64,000 nucleotides of DNA from Pseudomonadota bacterium (GTDB lineage Bacteria; Bdellovibrionota_B; Oligoflexia; Oligoflexales; CAIMVM01). The stretch's first letter is position 1, and each line of letters starts with the position of its first letter. The DNA lies in contig JBAXBA010000002.1 in NCBI GenBank assembly GCA_037142195.1, positions 30,719 to 94,718 on the forward strand, written 5' to 3'. The position numbers were made by a program, and so were the translations under genes. The notes beneath the pieces are model-generated. The model was not told where the DNA came from. It searched no databases and was given only the letters and a program-made list of their open reading frames with translations. Shown here piece after piece: positions 39,154 to 49,257 of this stretch.

Positions 39154-40407
39154 CTATAGCTTGTCGAGAGATTTTGATGTCCAATTTTTATCAAATCTAA
39201 TTGAAACAATGAACAATGCTAAAAATATCAACGGCAGTCTAATCAGCGAATTCATCATGCCTATCGTGGACATCCAAAATAACGTCATCGTCGTAGGTAT
39301 AACGATAAAAATATACAAAATTAAGCCGAGTCTGGATCTGGAAATATGGCTTATTATGCCGTATAGAGCACCCAAAAAGGACACATAAAATAACCCGCCA
39401 AATAGTCCGAAATTTGCATACCCTTCTCCAATCATAGTCACTGCGCTTTGTGAGTATGGATTCAAATTCATAACATTGTTGATTTGTTGAATTCCATACC
39501 ATTCTGGCTTGGCTTCCCAAAATAGTCTTGGAATAGGCAACGCAAATGACTGAAATACTGTAACTCCATGCAAATAATCAGCTTTAGAAGGAAAATAGTG
39601 GACTACATTAGCTATTCCTTCAAGACCAGAACCTCCAAAAAGAGAAGTCAACATATCATAAAGAGCCATGCCATCTTCACTTGGACTTTTATAATATTCA
39701 ATCATCTGAATATTTCTAAACCATCCATAGACCAAAAAAGATAGTGCGCCAAAAAAAATTATCCCTAAGGCAAGCATGTGCGAATTTACTACCTTTACAC
39801 CTAAAGTAATTTTTGGCTTAACAATAAGAAATAGAATGGTTAATCCTATGAAAAGCCCAAATGTAGTTCCTCTTGAAAGAGTTAAGAAAGAGCAAATAAA
39901 GGCAGGAAATACTATGCAGAACAATGAGACTACAGTAAGTCTGTGACGTTTTGCAAAAAGAAGGAGACCCGTGCAAACAAACAACAACTCTAAAGCGATT
40001 TGATTCGCAGTCGACTGAATCACTTGAATCGTGGAACTTGCGCTTGGAGTCCATCTATTTGCATAAAGACCACCTAGGTCCCAATTAGCGCCCCAAAGCT
40101 TATATGCAAAACAAAATAGCAATATGAGAAAACAAACCCATTGCATTGAAACGACATTAAAAATATTAATTTTAAACTCATTTACTATCGCAAATTTTCG
40201 TCGTGAAAACATTTTCCATCCAGCGTAGAAAGCGATACAAGAAAACAGATATAGAAAAAAAGCAAAAAGATATCGCCCTAGAAAATCTTGTGTTTGCATG
40301 GAGAAGAACTTCAAAAGAAAGGGCACAAAGCCGTCAATTAGAAAAAAAACCGCAAGCCAAAATGGGACAGCAAGTAAAAAAAGCGGCTCCTTAATGAAGT
40401 TTCTCAA
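39154..40407 (-). CDS. wzy: O-antigen/polysaccharide polymerase
   Basis: Multi-TM; SRG, IPRLFWEAKP and GEGYANFGLFG motifs. Confidence 0.78.
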   Translation of the reverse strand: MRNFIKEPLFLLAVPFWLAVFFLIDGFVPFLLKFFSMQTQDFLGRYLFAFFLYLFSCIAFYAGWKMFSRRKFAIVNEFKINIFNVVSMQWVCFLILLFCFAYKLWGANWDLGGLYANRWTPSASSTIQVIQSTANQIALELLFVCTGLLLFAKRHRLTVVSLFCIVFPAFICSFLTLSRGTTFGLFIGLTILFLIVKPKITLGVKVVNSHMLALGIIFFGALSFLVYGWFRNIQMIEYYKSPSEDGMALYDMLTSLFGGSGLEGIANVVHYFPSKADYLHGVTVFQSFALPIPRLFWEAKPEWYGIQQINNVMNLNPYSQSAVTMIGEGYANFGLFGGLFYVSFLGALYGIISHISRSRLGLILYIFIVIPTTMTLFWMSTIGMMNSLIRLPLIFLALFIVSIRFDKNWTSKSLDKL

Positions 40408-40780
40408 CAGGGCTCCTTAGTCATTATTTTATATAACTATCTGAAAAATCAAGTGCACATGTTGTTAGGGATTCCATATAGTTTCGGTTTTGAAATCGCC
40501 ACCTGCAATGAAATCACTTGTGTTTATAGATAGCAATAGAATATTTCTATATTATCGGACGATTTGACTTTGAGAAAGAAATATATTTTAGAGTTACCAT
40601 CCTTGCCGAATTAACTCACCTTAATTAGACGGTAGGTAAAACCCGGGTAACCGTTAACCCGCGAGTGCACGGCTAATGCAGTTTGTCTTTGGTTCCCTAA
40701 TTTTTTCTAACTGTTTCCATAGAACTTTAGGACCGATCCCAATTCTTGTTTAAAACTTCTTGCCGCATAGATTGGGGAGA

Positions 40781-41674
40781 TTACTTAATTGGAACAAAGT
40801 TATCTGAGGTAAGAAAAGCTTTTAATTTATAATTACAAACAGTGCAATTCAGAAAGTCCCCAGTTCTAAGAAATGCTGAGCTATTGCAATTAGGACACTG
40901 CAATATGCTTGAAATATTCAACTTCCTGTTCCTTGAAGTTTGAGATGTAATTCGCCGCAACAAATCTAAAATAAATTTTCGAGCTATCATGGATATACTC
41001 ATTCTCACAACTTTCTTAGTCCCCCCCTCAGGAGCCGTCCAGCTGCAATCTACTTCAGGGTTTAAAATCTTGTATTCAATCCTATCTGTCCAGAAATGCC
41101 TTACATGAAAGCAAAAAGGCTTATTTGGCATCAAATACTTAACTAAATTTGGTTTAACCCTATGCTCGTACAAATCTACAAGTTCATGGTCGGGTCGCCA
41201 AGAAATCTTCTTTTTAATGATCAGCTGATCATTTCGCTCAGTTATCTCAAGCCTATGATCTAGATATGGATTAATCCTTTCAAAAAAAGCATCCGGCACC
41301 TCGATATAACCCGCCTTTGCTATTCTTTGAAGTTCAGAAATAAATCCCACAGGATCGCTTGTGTGTTCCAAAACATGAGCAGCAATTACAAAGTCAAAAG
41401 ATTTAGATTTAAAGGGAAGCTTCTCCGCAAAACAAATCAAGGCAGGACGATCATGTACAAATTTTTCGAAGTGACGTTCTCTTGTTTCTTCGTAAGCATC
41501 TACTAAAACATTTGATCTCGGAAAAGGGTTGCCTCCTGACCCCACTTCTAAAACTAACGCATCTTCCCCTACAAATCGGCAATATCGTCTAACAGCCCAA
41601 GCTAATTTTTGAGCATCAAACCTCAAAAACAACCTCATTAGACTGCTATTTTTCTCAATTCCAGCCACTTTCAT
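40781..41674 (-). CDS. Class I SAM-dependent methyltransferase with a C-terminal Zn-ribbon
   Basis: VLEVGSG, LPFKSKSFDFVIAAHVLEH, CPNC...CTVC. Start uncertain (GGAG precedes ATG 41674). Confidence 0.82.
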   Translation of the reverse strand: MKVAGIEKNSSLMRLFLRFDAQKLAWAVRRYCRFVGEDALVLEVGSGGNPFPRSNVLVDAYEETRERHFEKFVHDRPALICFAEKLPFKSKSFDFVIAAHVLEHTSDPVGFISELQRIAKAGYIEVPDAFFERINPYLDHRLEITERNDQLIIKKKISWRPDHELVDLYEHRVKPNLVKYLMPNKPFCFHVRHFWTDRIEYKILNPEVDCSWTAPEGGTKKVVRMSISMIARKFILDLLRRITSQTSRNRKLNISSILQCPNCNSSAFLRTGDFLNCTVCNYKLKAFLTSDNFVPIK

Positions 41675-41792
41675 TACTGCGACTCCAATTATTATAAAAC
41701 TAATACCATTTAAATTTAGTAAATTATCTGAATGCAATATACACTATGGAACCCGGTTCGATTTTAATCTGGAGATTAGGAGGCATTTTTCA

Positions 41793-42938
41793 ATGCAGTC
41801 GAATCAAAAAAAAGAACCCTACAAGCCAAATATTTTGATACTGTATATTTTTTTTGGACTTGCGGCATCTTTTTTCTCTATTTTTTGGACGGAATTTTGG
41901 AGTTATTTTTTAGGCCTTTTCCAGCTAAGGGATTTCTCTCGTTTATTCCTTCCAGATAGCGCATTATATTCTGATTTAATTGGTAGATTTGCCCAAGGCG
42001 GGGATCTAGAAGTTCTTTTCCATTCATATAGTAAATCTACAATTGTTTTCGCTTTTTTTTGTTATCAACTCTCAAAAATATTCGAAGTTTCTACTTTTTC
42101 AAACCTAATCCTGCTTTTTGGGGGAATGTTTCGCTACTATTTTGATCTTAGGCATTACGGTCGAGGCAGTCATTTTTTAGTTCTGGTTTTACTCTTGAGT
42201 CCACTGACCATATATCTGGCTCAAGGTCCAAGTAAAGAAATTTTTATAATTTCATCATTACCATGGCTCATTTATGGCTTAGATCAAAGGAAGTTTAGTT
42301 GGGTGATTTTGTCATTGCTTGTTATTGCATGTGTGAGAACGACGTTTCTTCTACCACTCATTTTATCGACTTTTAGCATGTTTTGGCTAAAATCGTACAA
42401 ATCAAGGGCAATTCTTTTATTTGGAACTGTTTTTCTCTCGCCTTTGCTTTTAAGTTTCGATTTTATTTCAGGGACAAGAGAGTCTGCGTTAGCTTTTAAC
42501 GCCTCTCGAATAGGGTTGACCTATTATTATCTACATAGCATGGGGGTTCCCTTTCTAGGTGGGTTGTTCATTCCCTTGAGAGCCTTACAAAACATTTTAG
42601 AACCGTTTATTGCATTCCAATTCTTTAGCGATGGGCCTAGTATTTTGAATGTTTATTATCTTGCGTCGTTTATAAGTGCAGGGTTATTTTTTGCTTGCAT
42701 TGTATATGCTGCATTTGCCTTGCGATTAAGCAAGCGACTTCGTCCGAAGATCAATTTAGAAATTGTTGTGTTTACATTTAGTGCAATTGTTGTCGCTGCG
42801 ATTCCTTTTATACACTTCCGCTATATATATCCCGTACTCCCCACCTTACTGATAGGAATCATTAAACTCAGGGCTCCTGATAGAGGGGACAATTCCGATC
42901 TGTTGGACGACATTGAAAAACAGAATCGGATCATCTAA
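41793..42938 (+). CDS. Polytopic membrane protein, Wzy-like or GT-C-like
   Basis: Many hydrophobic segments; PDSALY, PSKE and HFRYIYP; GGAGG RBS. Confidence 0.55.
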   Translation: MQSNQKKEPYKPNILILYIFFGLAASFFSIFWTEFWSYFLGLFQLRDFSRLFLPDSALYSDLIGRFAQGGDLEVLFHSYSKSTIVFAFFCYQLSKIFEVSTFSNLILLFGGMFRYYFDLRHYGRGSHFLVLVLLLSPLTIYLAQGPSKEIFIISSLPWLIYGLDQRKFSWVILSLLVIACVRTTFLLPLILSTFSMFWLKSYKSRAILLFGTVFLSPLLLSFDFISGTRESALAFNASRIGLTYYYLHSMGVPFLGGLFIPLRALQNILEPFIAFQFFSDGPSILNVYYLASFISAGLFFACIVYAAFALRLSKRLRPKINLEIVVFTFSAIVVAAIPFIHFRYIYPVLPTLLIGIIKLRAPDRGDNSDLLDDIEKQNRII

Positions 42939-43076
42939 GGACATAGATAGTCACAGAATGGGCATTGTATCAAAATTGATCTAGCTTCATACTTAGTTTT
43001 ACGGGCTAGTGTATTGGTGTCATCTTTTCAACCGTGAGACGAACTCTAAATCATGATTTTGTCTCATTTAAAAATT

Positions 43077-43174
43077 AATTACGCGTCTAAGAAAAGACTT
43101 TTAATTTAGATAATTTAGGTGTTATCATTGAACTCAAAAGTGACATTTTCTTTTATATTTTTAGACGCATAATT
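43077..43174. repeat. Degenerate ~98-bp inverted repeat
   Basis: Ends AATTACGCGTCTAA / TTAGACGCATAATT (13/14), plus inner GAAAA/TTTTC, ACTTTT/AAAAGT and GATAA/TTATC pairings. Confidence 0.55.
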
Positions 43175-43290
43175 TGCGAGCTCTTTTTTACAGGTATATC
43201 TTATGAATTTCCCCACGCCAATATCTAGCTTGAAAATTCTTCGTCAAGAGCTGATTTCGGGTTCTCCTATCTACAATTTAGGAGAATGCG

Positions 43291-44445
43291 ATGAACGCTG
43301 ATTTCTTAAAGAAGTTGGTCAAAAGCAGCTCAGTTTGCCAGGCGATAAATGCAAATTTGAAATCTCAGGCACTAATTAGGAAATATAGATCTATTTGTCG
43401 TAAGTACGAGAGTCTTCCTGAAAGTTCGCTTCATGACTCAGAGGTCTCATGGAAAGCAGACTTACCAAAGGGGGCAATTCCTAAGATTTTGTGGATAGGT
43501 GCTGATAAATCACAGGATTTTACTGGTTTTTATCAGGATCTAAGTTCCGATTTTGATTGTAAGTACTTCACGCGGTCAGATGGGTCATATGGGCAGTACC
43601 CATGGCTAGGCGGAAGTGACGATGTTCGAGAGCTTAATCTATTGCGTTTGGAGGAACTTCTTTCGGACTTTAAATTGAATGGCTGGGAGCCTGATTATAT
43701 TTTAACCCAGTGCTGGGGATTTTCATTTAATACCCAAGATTTTCTGAAATTGAAGTCAAAATCTAAATTTAAGCTTATTAATATTAGTATGGATGATCGG
43801 TTAAATTTCGTTGAGTATAGCCGAAAACTTGGTGCGGAAGTTGGACTTTTAGAATTTGGAAAGATTTGCGACCTAGTTTTAACTACAACCAAAGAAGCCA
43901 GCCACTGGTATCATTGTGAGGGCGTAAGGGCTATGTATCTTCCTCTCGCATCGTCAACAGAGTTTTATCATCCCTTAGAAGTAGTTAAGCGCTATGACGT
44001 AGGCTTTATCGGTAATTGTTACGGATATAGAAAAACTTTGGTGGAGTTTTTACAGCGTAGTGGAATTTCTATCGTAGCTCATGGGAAGGGTTGGCCTGAT
44101 GGTATGTTGCAGTTTGTTGATAATAATAAGTTTTTTAATGAATGCAAAATAGTTTTAGGGATTGGAACAGTTGGGCATACAAAGAATTTCTTTACACTTA
44201 AGCTTCGAGATTTTGATGCACCAATGAGCGGAGCTTGCTATGTCACACACCACAATGAAGATCTGTTAGAATTTTTTGAGCCGAATAAAGAGATTGTGTT
44301 ATGTAAAAATGCGAATGATTTTTTGAATAAGATCAACTATTACCTAAAGCACCCTGAAGAGCGTGAAAAAATTGCCACTGCTGCTCGGAAACGAGCCTTA
44401 GCTGACCATCAGTATCGCCAAAGATTCAAGTCTATCTTTAAATAG
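43291..44445 (+). CDS. CgeB-family GT-B glycosyltransferase
   Basis: MDD, YDVGFIGNCYGYR, KLRDFDAPMSGA, ERE...ARKRALADH; GGAG RBS. Confidence 0.87.
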   Translation: MNADFLKKLVKSSSVCQAINANLKSQALIRKYRSICRKYESLPESSLHDSEVSWKADLPKGAIPKILWIGADKSQDFTGFYQDLSSDFDCKYFTRSDGSYGQYPWLGGSDDVRELNLLRLEELLSDFKLNGWEPDYILTQCWGFSFNTQDFLKLKSKSKFKLINISMDDRLNFVEYSRKLGAEVGLLEFGKICDLVLTTTKEASHWYHCEGVRAMYLPLASSTEFYHPLEVVKRYDVGFIGNCYGYRKTLVEFLQRSGISIVAHGKGWPDGMLQFVDNNKFFNECKIVLGIGTVGHTKNFFTLKLRDFDAPMSGACYVTHHNEDLLEFFEPNKEIVLCKNANDFLNKINYYLKHPEEREKIATAARKRALADHQYRQRFKSIFK

Positions 44446-44719
44446 AATTTTAGTTCTTTCTTTAAGCTCCCATAGAAAAAAAATCTAAAGGTCTTTGTTT
44501 TTAAAGAACAGCAGAGTATCCATGCTGTCAATTTCTAACTTGCTCTCTGAACGTTAGCTTTTGCAGGCACACTTGAGTCCGTAATAGACTCCTTCTGTTT
44601 AGCTTGCTTCTCCCGTGACTTAATTAAATCATGCTTGTCTGCTTCCTAAACCTATTTTCGACGCGATTGCGAAGAAATACAGGATTTAGCACTTGGCATG
44701 TTGAGACTGCCCACGTTTC

Positions 44720-46672
44720 ATGCTTCAATCACCGCCAGCACAGCTTGGGTCCAAATCCATTATGTTAAACAATTTTTACAAATCTTTGAAAACATATCAA
44801 CTTCGGCTTTTTCAAGCGTTCTTTCTATTTCTATGTCTATTTTTGAAGATCAATCCAAATGTTAATAAATTGGACAACCTCTCTATTACTAAAAGTAGTA
44901 CGCTGGCTCTTTCTTCAGAAATAAACGAAAGCCGGCCGTTTGATTTTTTATATAGTAGCCATAAGCCAATAAAATCAGGGCTACTTGTTGGGATTAAACT
45001 TGGAACCTATGGCAGAAAATTAGCATGTAAAGTTAGAATTGTCTCTTCTACCGGCGCCATGACGGATTGGGGGAAATGTCCTGATGATGATTGGGGTCTA
45101 TTAACGCTTAAAACATTAAGAGACTTTTCTACAAATTTGTCCAGTTACACATTAGAGACTGATGCCAAACAAGGGGCTGGTTTCGCCTTGAGTAGAGTTA
45201 TTGTTGATGGGGGAACTACCTTAGAGCTTTTAGAACTGCGGCAGAGAAGTGCATTTTCTGAGATTTGGAATTGGGTCGGCGATTATAGTTTTTGGGCATT
45301 GCCGTGGTTAGTTCTATTTTTCTTTTTCTTAAAAAACAGTTACTTTGGGACATCTCGACTCTCAGCTGTTTATATTGTAGCCTTAATGTGCACCGGTGCA
45401 TGGCCATATTCCGGACATGATGAAACTGCACACATTACTGGACTTCACTGGTCTGGCTTAGTAGCCGCAGGAAAGAACATGGCAGAGGTTGATGCTGCGC
45501 AAAAAGATTTTTTTCCGAAAGTACATCGAAGTCTTAAAGAATTCAAATTTGAAGAGCTTCATGGCGTAAAATTAGCTACTCCTGAATCTTGTCCACATGC
45601 TTTTCTTGGTAGCTGTAGCTATTCTCCTGAAAGTAAAACATTTAGAACCTATTTAGTTTTCTGGAAACTTGTTGGTAGTCCTGATGTTGCCGCGTGGAAT
45701 CCAGTGGCCTTTCTAGCAATTGGCAGAGCTTTCAATTTAATTTTGTTTTTGCTTTTTTCATATTTAGTCGTCCAGTTTTTCCCAAAAAATTATAGTCAAT
45801 CTGCATTGGCCAGTTTGGTAATTTGTGGGTCCTTTTTAGGGCAGGTCGGATCCATTAATCCAGAGCAGTTTGGCTATTATTCAGCCGTGTTTTGTGCTTT
45901 GTTTTTAGTTTCTAGATTTGAGCAAAGTAAGGCCTTAAAACTTCAATTCTTTCTCGGCTTTTCCATTTTTGGTCTACTCTCCCTTCTTTCGGACAATTCT
46001 GGCTTATTATTCATTCCCACTTTCATATTGGCAGGGATTTTATATTTTTTGAGCACACTTGAGAGTTTTAAGTCATTAAAAGTTCAATATTTAGGCAGCA
46101 GAGCTCTGTGGTGCCTTGCTTGCCTAGGGCTCTTTTCAGGTTTGTGGCTTGGATTTCGGTTTTTTCACTCAATTCTTGCGGCGGGTTTTTCGGAGGAAAT
46201 TGTACGATTTACCCCGCTAAAGCCTTTTCAACGCTTTATCGAACATGCCTATAGTCTTTCCTTTAAAGATACCTGCCGCGGTCTATTGGAATTCTTTAAA
46301 TCATTCCTAGGAAGCTATACTTGGGGACACGATTATTATCCAAGAGTACTCTATTCGATAGGTTACGCCGCCATCTTTGCAGGCCTTATAAAGGCTGTAT
46401 GCACTAGAAAGAGTTTCAAGTTTGACCTTCTTTCGCTTACAGTTGGTTTATATTTTCTAACCATTTTAATTTCTATGATTGCGGGCGGAACATTTCAAGA
46501 AGTTGATATTATTAAAGAATCTTTTTTAAAGCCAAGAATTTACGGGCCCGCCATTTTCCCCATTTTTCAGCTTCTCATATTGGCGGGTATTACTATGTCC
46601 GATAAGTATTTTGGCTTTCTGAAATATCTCGGGCTATATTTGGTTACTAGTTGGCTGTTTTCACTTCGCTAG
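44720..46672 (+). CDS. Large membrane protein, DUF2142/GT-C-like
   Basis: Soluble N-terminal domain, then PYSGHDETAH loop and many TM helices; FLGSYTWG and PRIY near the C-terminus. Start uncertain (44720 or 44762). Confidence 0.55.
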   Translation: MLQSPPAQLGSKSIMLNNFYKSLKTYQLRLFQAFFLFLCLFLKINPNVNKLDNLSITKSSTLALSSEINESRPFDFLYSSHKPIKSGLLVGIKLGTYGRKLACKVRIVSSTGAMTDWGKCPDDDWGLLTLKTLRDFSTNLSSYTLETDAKQGAGFALSRVIVDGGTTLELLELRQRSAFSEIWNWVGDYSFWALPWLVLFFFFLKNSYFGTSRLSAVYIVALMCTGAWPYSGHDETAHITGLHWSGLVAAGKNMAEVDAAQKDFFPKVHRSLKEFKFEELHGVKLATPESCPHAFLGSCSYSPESKTFRTYLVFWKLVGSPDVAAWNPVAFLAIGRAFNLILFLLFSYLVVQFFPKNYSQSALASLVICGSFLGQVGSINPEQFGYYSAVFCALFLVSRFEQSKALKLQFFLGFSIFGLLSLLSDNSGLLFIPTFILAGILYFLSTLESFKSLKVQYLGSRALWCLACLGLFSGLWLGFRFFHSILAAGFSEEIVRFTPLKPFQRFIEHAYSLSFKDTCRGLLEFFKSFLGSYTWGHDYYPRVLYSIGYAAIFAGLIKAVCTRKSFKFDLLSLTVGLYFLTILISMIAGGTFQEVDIIKESFLKPRIYGPAIFPIFQLLILAGITMSDKYFGFLKYLGLYLVTSWLFSLR

Positions 46673-47005
46673 GCGTAGTTTCCTTTTTTTTAAGCTGGAC
46701 TAGGAATCTATTGTTAAAAATCAACGCGTTAGACAGGATAGTAGCTCGAAATTGGGGCCTTTTAGGCAAAGCCAGCTGAAAATTGTACTAGTTTCAAACA
46801 TAGTAACTAGACCATATTTGATACTTTGCACACAGCAGTTTGACCTGAGTGAAAGCTCTATAGTCTCTTTTGACCAGTTCTTAGACAGATTAAGGAATTT
46901 ACTAGGGAAGATCGCATTTCACATACTTAAACTTGAACCTTAAGGGTTTCTTCAGATTTGATTATGAATTTATGGATAGCGTATCTGACAGCAGGAGTTC
47001 CTCGC

Positions 47006-47033
47006 CCATAGTTTCTGCTAGCAGAAACTATGG
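47006..47033. promoter_or_regulatory. Perfect 28-bp palindrome
   Basis: CCATAGTTTCTGCT|AGCAGAAACTATGG, 42 bp upstream of the priming glycosyltransferase. Confidence 0.75.
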
Positions 47034-47075
47034 AAATTGTTACTATTATGAAAGTCTTATGGTAAGGATAGGTTT

Positions 47076-48476
47076 GTGATTCACTTTTTGCATTTAAAAC
47101 GACGCAAGTGGTTTGCCTTAGCAGATTTTCTTACCATAAGTGCATCTATCTTTCTCGGCTATTTTGTTCGCACTAAAATTTACATTCCCATCTTTGACGG
47201 TCTCATTCCTAGTACTCCGCCTGCGGGTTTCGAGAATATTTGGTTAGTACTTGCAGTAGCTGGCATAACTTTTATTTTTGTTCAGTATGCGTTTGGAGTT
47301 TATGACCTTTGGCACTCAAGTAGTTTTACCAACTGGCTTCAAAGAACCTTACCTGCTAATCTTGCAGTTGCTTTTGCTGCCTTTACGTACTTATATTTGA
47401 CCCAAAACTTTAGTTTTCCAAGGTCACTTGTAGCGGCTGTTTTTGTTTTTAGCTACTTATTTTCAAGTCTTTGGCGAGTTCTCTATTTTTCCATTAAAGA
47501 GGTTGCACAAAGTGATGTGGTCTTAGTGGGGAAGTGGGCTGACCTTAAAAAATTGATGGTTGAGTTGGTTACTCCGCCATTTGATAATCATGTTAGAATT
47601 GTTGCTGTTTTTGTTCCCGAACTGACTCCAGATATCCCCCCAGAAAAAGATAGAAACTATCTTGTGTTACCTTTTAGCGAATTTGAAAGATATTCTGAAA
47701 CCAATCCTTACGCCTCGGTACTCCTAGCCCCAAGTGATGCCTTTCAACAACAAGCCTTTCAGTGTGTTATTGCAGCAGCAAAAAGAGGCGTAAGTATTTA
47801 TGCTGTTCCCACCATCTATGAAATTCTTTTAGGCCGACTTCAACACTTAAGAATTAATGATTTGCCACTTCTCGAGCTTAGACTTAACCCAGCCTCAAAT
47901 ATGAGTTTAGCGATTAAACGTGCGATGGATGTGTTTTTAGCGATTCTTTTAATTGTCCTACTTGGTTTCCCAATGCTTATCGTTGCTATACTTGTAAAAG
48001 CAACTTCCAAGGGACCAGTAATTTACTCTCAGGTAAGAGTTGGCTTAATGGGCAATGAGTTTAGAATCTATAAGTTCAGGAGTATGAAAAAAGAGTCGGA
48101 AGAAATTTCTGGATTTAAACAGGCTTCCCTGCACGATCCCAGGTTTACCAAAATAGGAAAATTCATCCGAGCTTGCCGATTAGACGAACTCCCCCAACTT
48201 TGGAACATACTTAAGGGTGATATGAGTTTTGTCGGACCGAGACCACTAGTGCTCCCTGAAGTACAAAAGTTTGAATCTGAAGTACCAGGCTTTGCAGAAA
48301 GACATCGTGTGAGACCTGGCATTACGGGCCTGGCCCAAGTTAGCGGCGGGTATTTAACCAGTTCTGACGTAAAGTTGAAATATGATTTAGCCTACGTATC
48401 CAATCAGAATGTCATTTTTGATACTCAGATTATATTAAGAACAATAAAAATTGTACTTACAAAAAGTGGGCAATAG
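47076..48476 (+). CDS. Priming undecaprenyl-phosphate sugar-1-phosphate transferase (WcaJ/WbaP family)
   Basis: KRAMD, YKFRSM, RLDELPQLWNILKGDMSFVGPRP, PGITGLAQV; four N-terminal TMs. Confidence 0.93.
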   Translation: MIHFLHLKRRKWFALADFLTISASIFLGYFVRTKIYIPIFDGLIPSTPPAGFENIWLVLAVAGITFIFVQYAFGVYDLWHSSSFTNWLQRTLPANLAVAFAAFTYLYLTQNFSFPRSLVAAVFVFSYLFSSLWRVLYFSIKEVAQSDVVLVGKWADLKKLMVELVTPPFDNHVRIVAVFVPELTPDIPPEKDRNYLVLPFSEFERYSETNPYASVLLAPSDAFQQQAFQCVIAAAKRGVSIYAVPTIYEILLGRLQHLRINDLPLLELRLNPASNMSLAIKRAMDVFLAILLIVLLGFPMLIVAILVKATSKGPVIYSQVRVGLMGNEFRIYKFRSMKKESEEISGFKQASLHDPRFTKIGKFIRACRLDELPQLWNILKGDMSFVGPRPLVLPEVQKFESEVPGFAERHRVRPGITGLAQVSGGYLTSSDVKLKYDLAYVSNQNVIFDTQIILRTIKIVLTKSGQ

Positions 48477-49257
48477 CGGCCAATAGACTGTTGAGTCTCA
48501 TCCAATTGGTATACTAAAGATTACAGTAATATTTAGCCTGTCGCGGGCAATAAACCACTAGCAATTTTTTCGATTCTGGTAAGTAAACAGAAAAATGTAG
48601 GGTTAGCGAAACAAAAGACCAAGTATCTTGGCATACTAGAAGCTGTCACAAGAAAATTATTCATAAATTACACGGCCCCGAATTTACTGGGGGGATTTTT
48701 ATGCGAAGGAAAATTTTCTCATTTTTCATTGTCGCTTAACAACTAGAAAAAGTTTAAAAATTGAGTTTCTAAGGTAATAAGCCATCAAATACCTATGGCA
48801 ATATAGTTAAGAATATTTCTTCAAAAATCAAAATTAATGTAAATAATTGAAGGAAAGCTAGATCCCAATCAATCTATATTGACTTCAATTTACCGCCGAG
48901 ATGATAGCGGCAATTTTGAATTTAATTCTAGAAAAATTCCAACTGAGTCGTCTCCAATTTATTGCAAACCACTATATTTAATTGGGCATGCCTTACAGAA
49001 TGTTCCATGGACTTGCCCAAACTAGCTGGAAAGAAAAATACTTCATTGCATTAATCCAATGTCGCTTGATAGCTTCCATTCACAATTCCGTTGAAAATTT
49101 TGTATTTACAGCATAATGTGGAGATATAGGTTCTTTAAATCCACGAGAAATAGTGACAAATGTGTTTATTTGTTTAATTTTAGAATCCCTTATATGAACT
49201 TAACGATAAACATTAGATTTCTTATGTTAACGAACTTTTTTAAATAAGGCCTTTCCA

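Noticed and set aside
49211..49232. TTATGTTAA as the XerD arm of a dif/pdif site
   Set aside because: No convincing XerC arm at 6-bp spacing; likely chance in AT-rich DNA.
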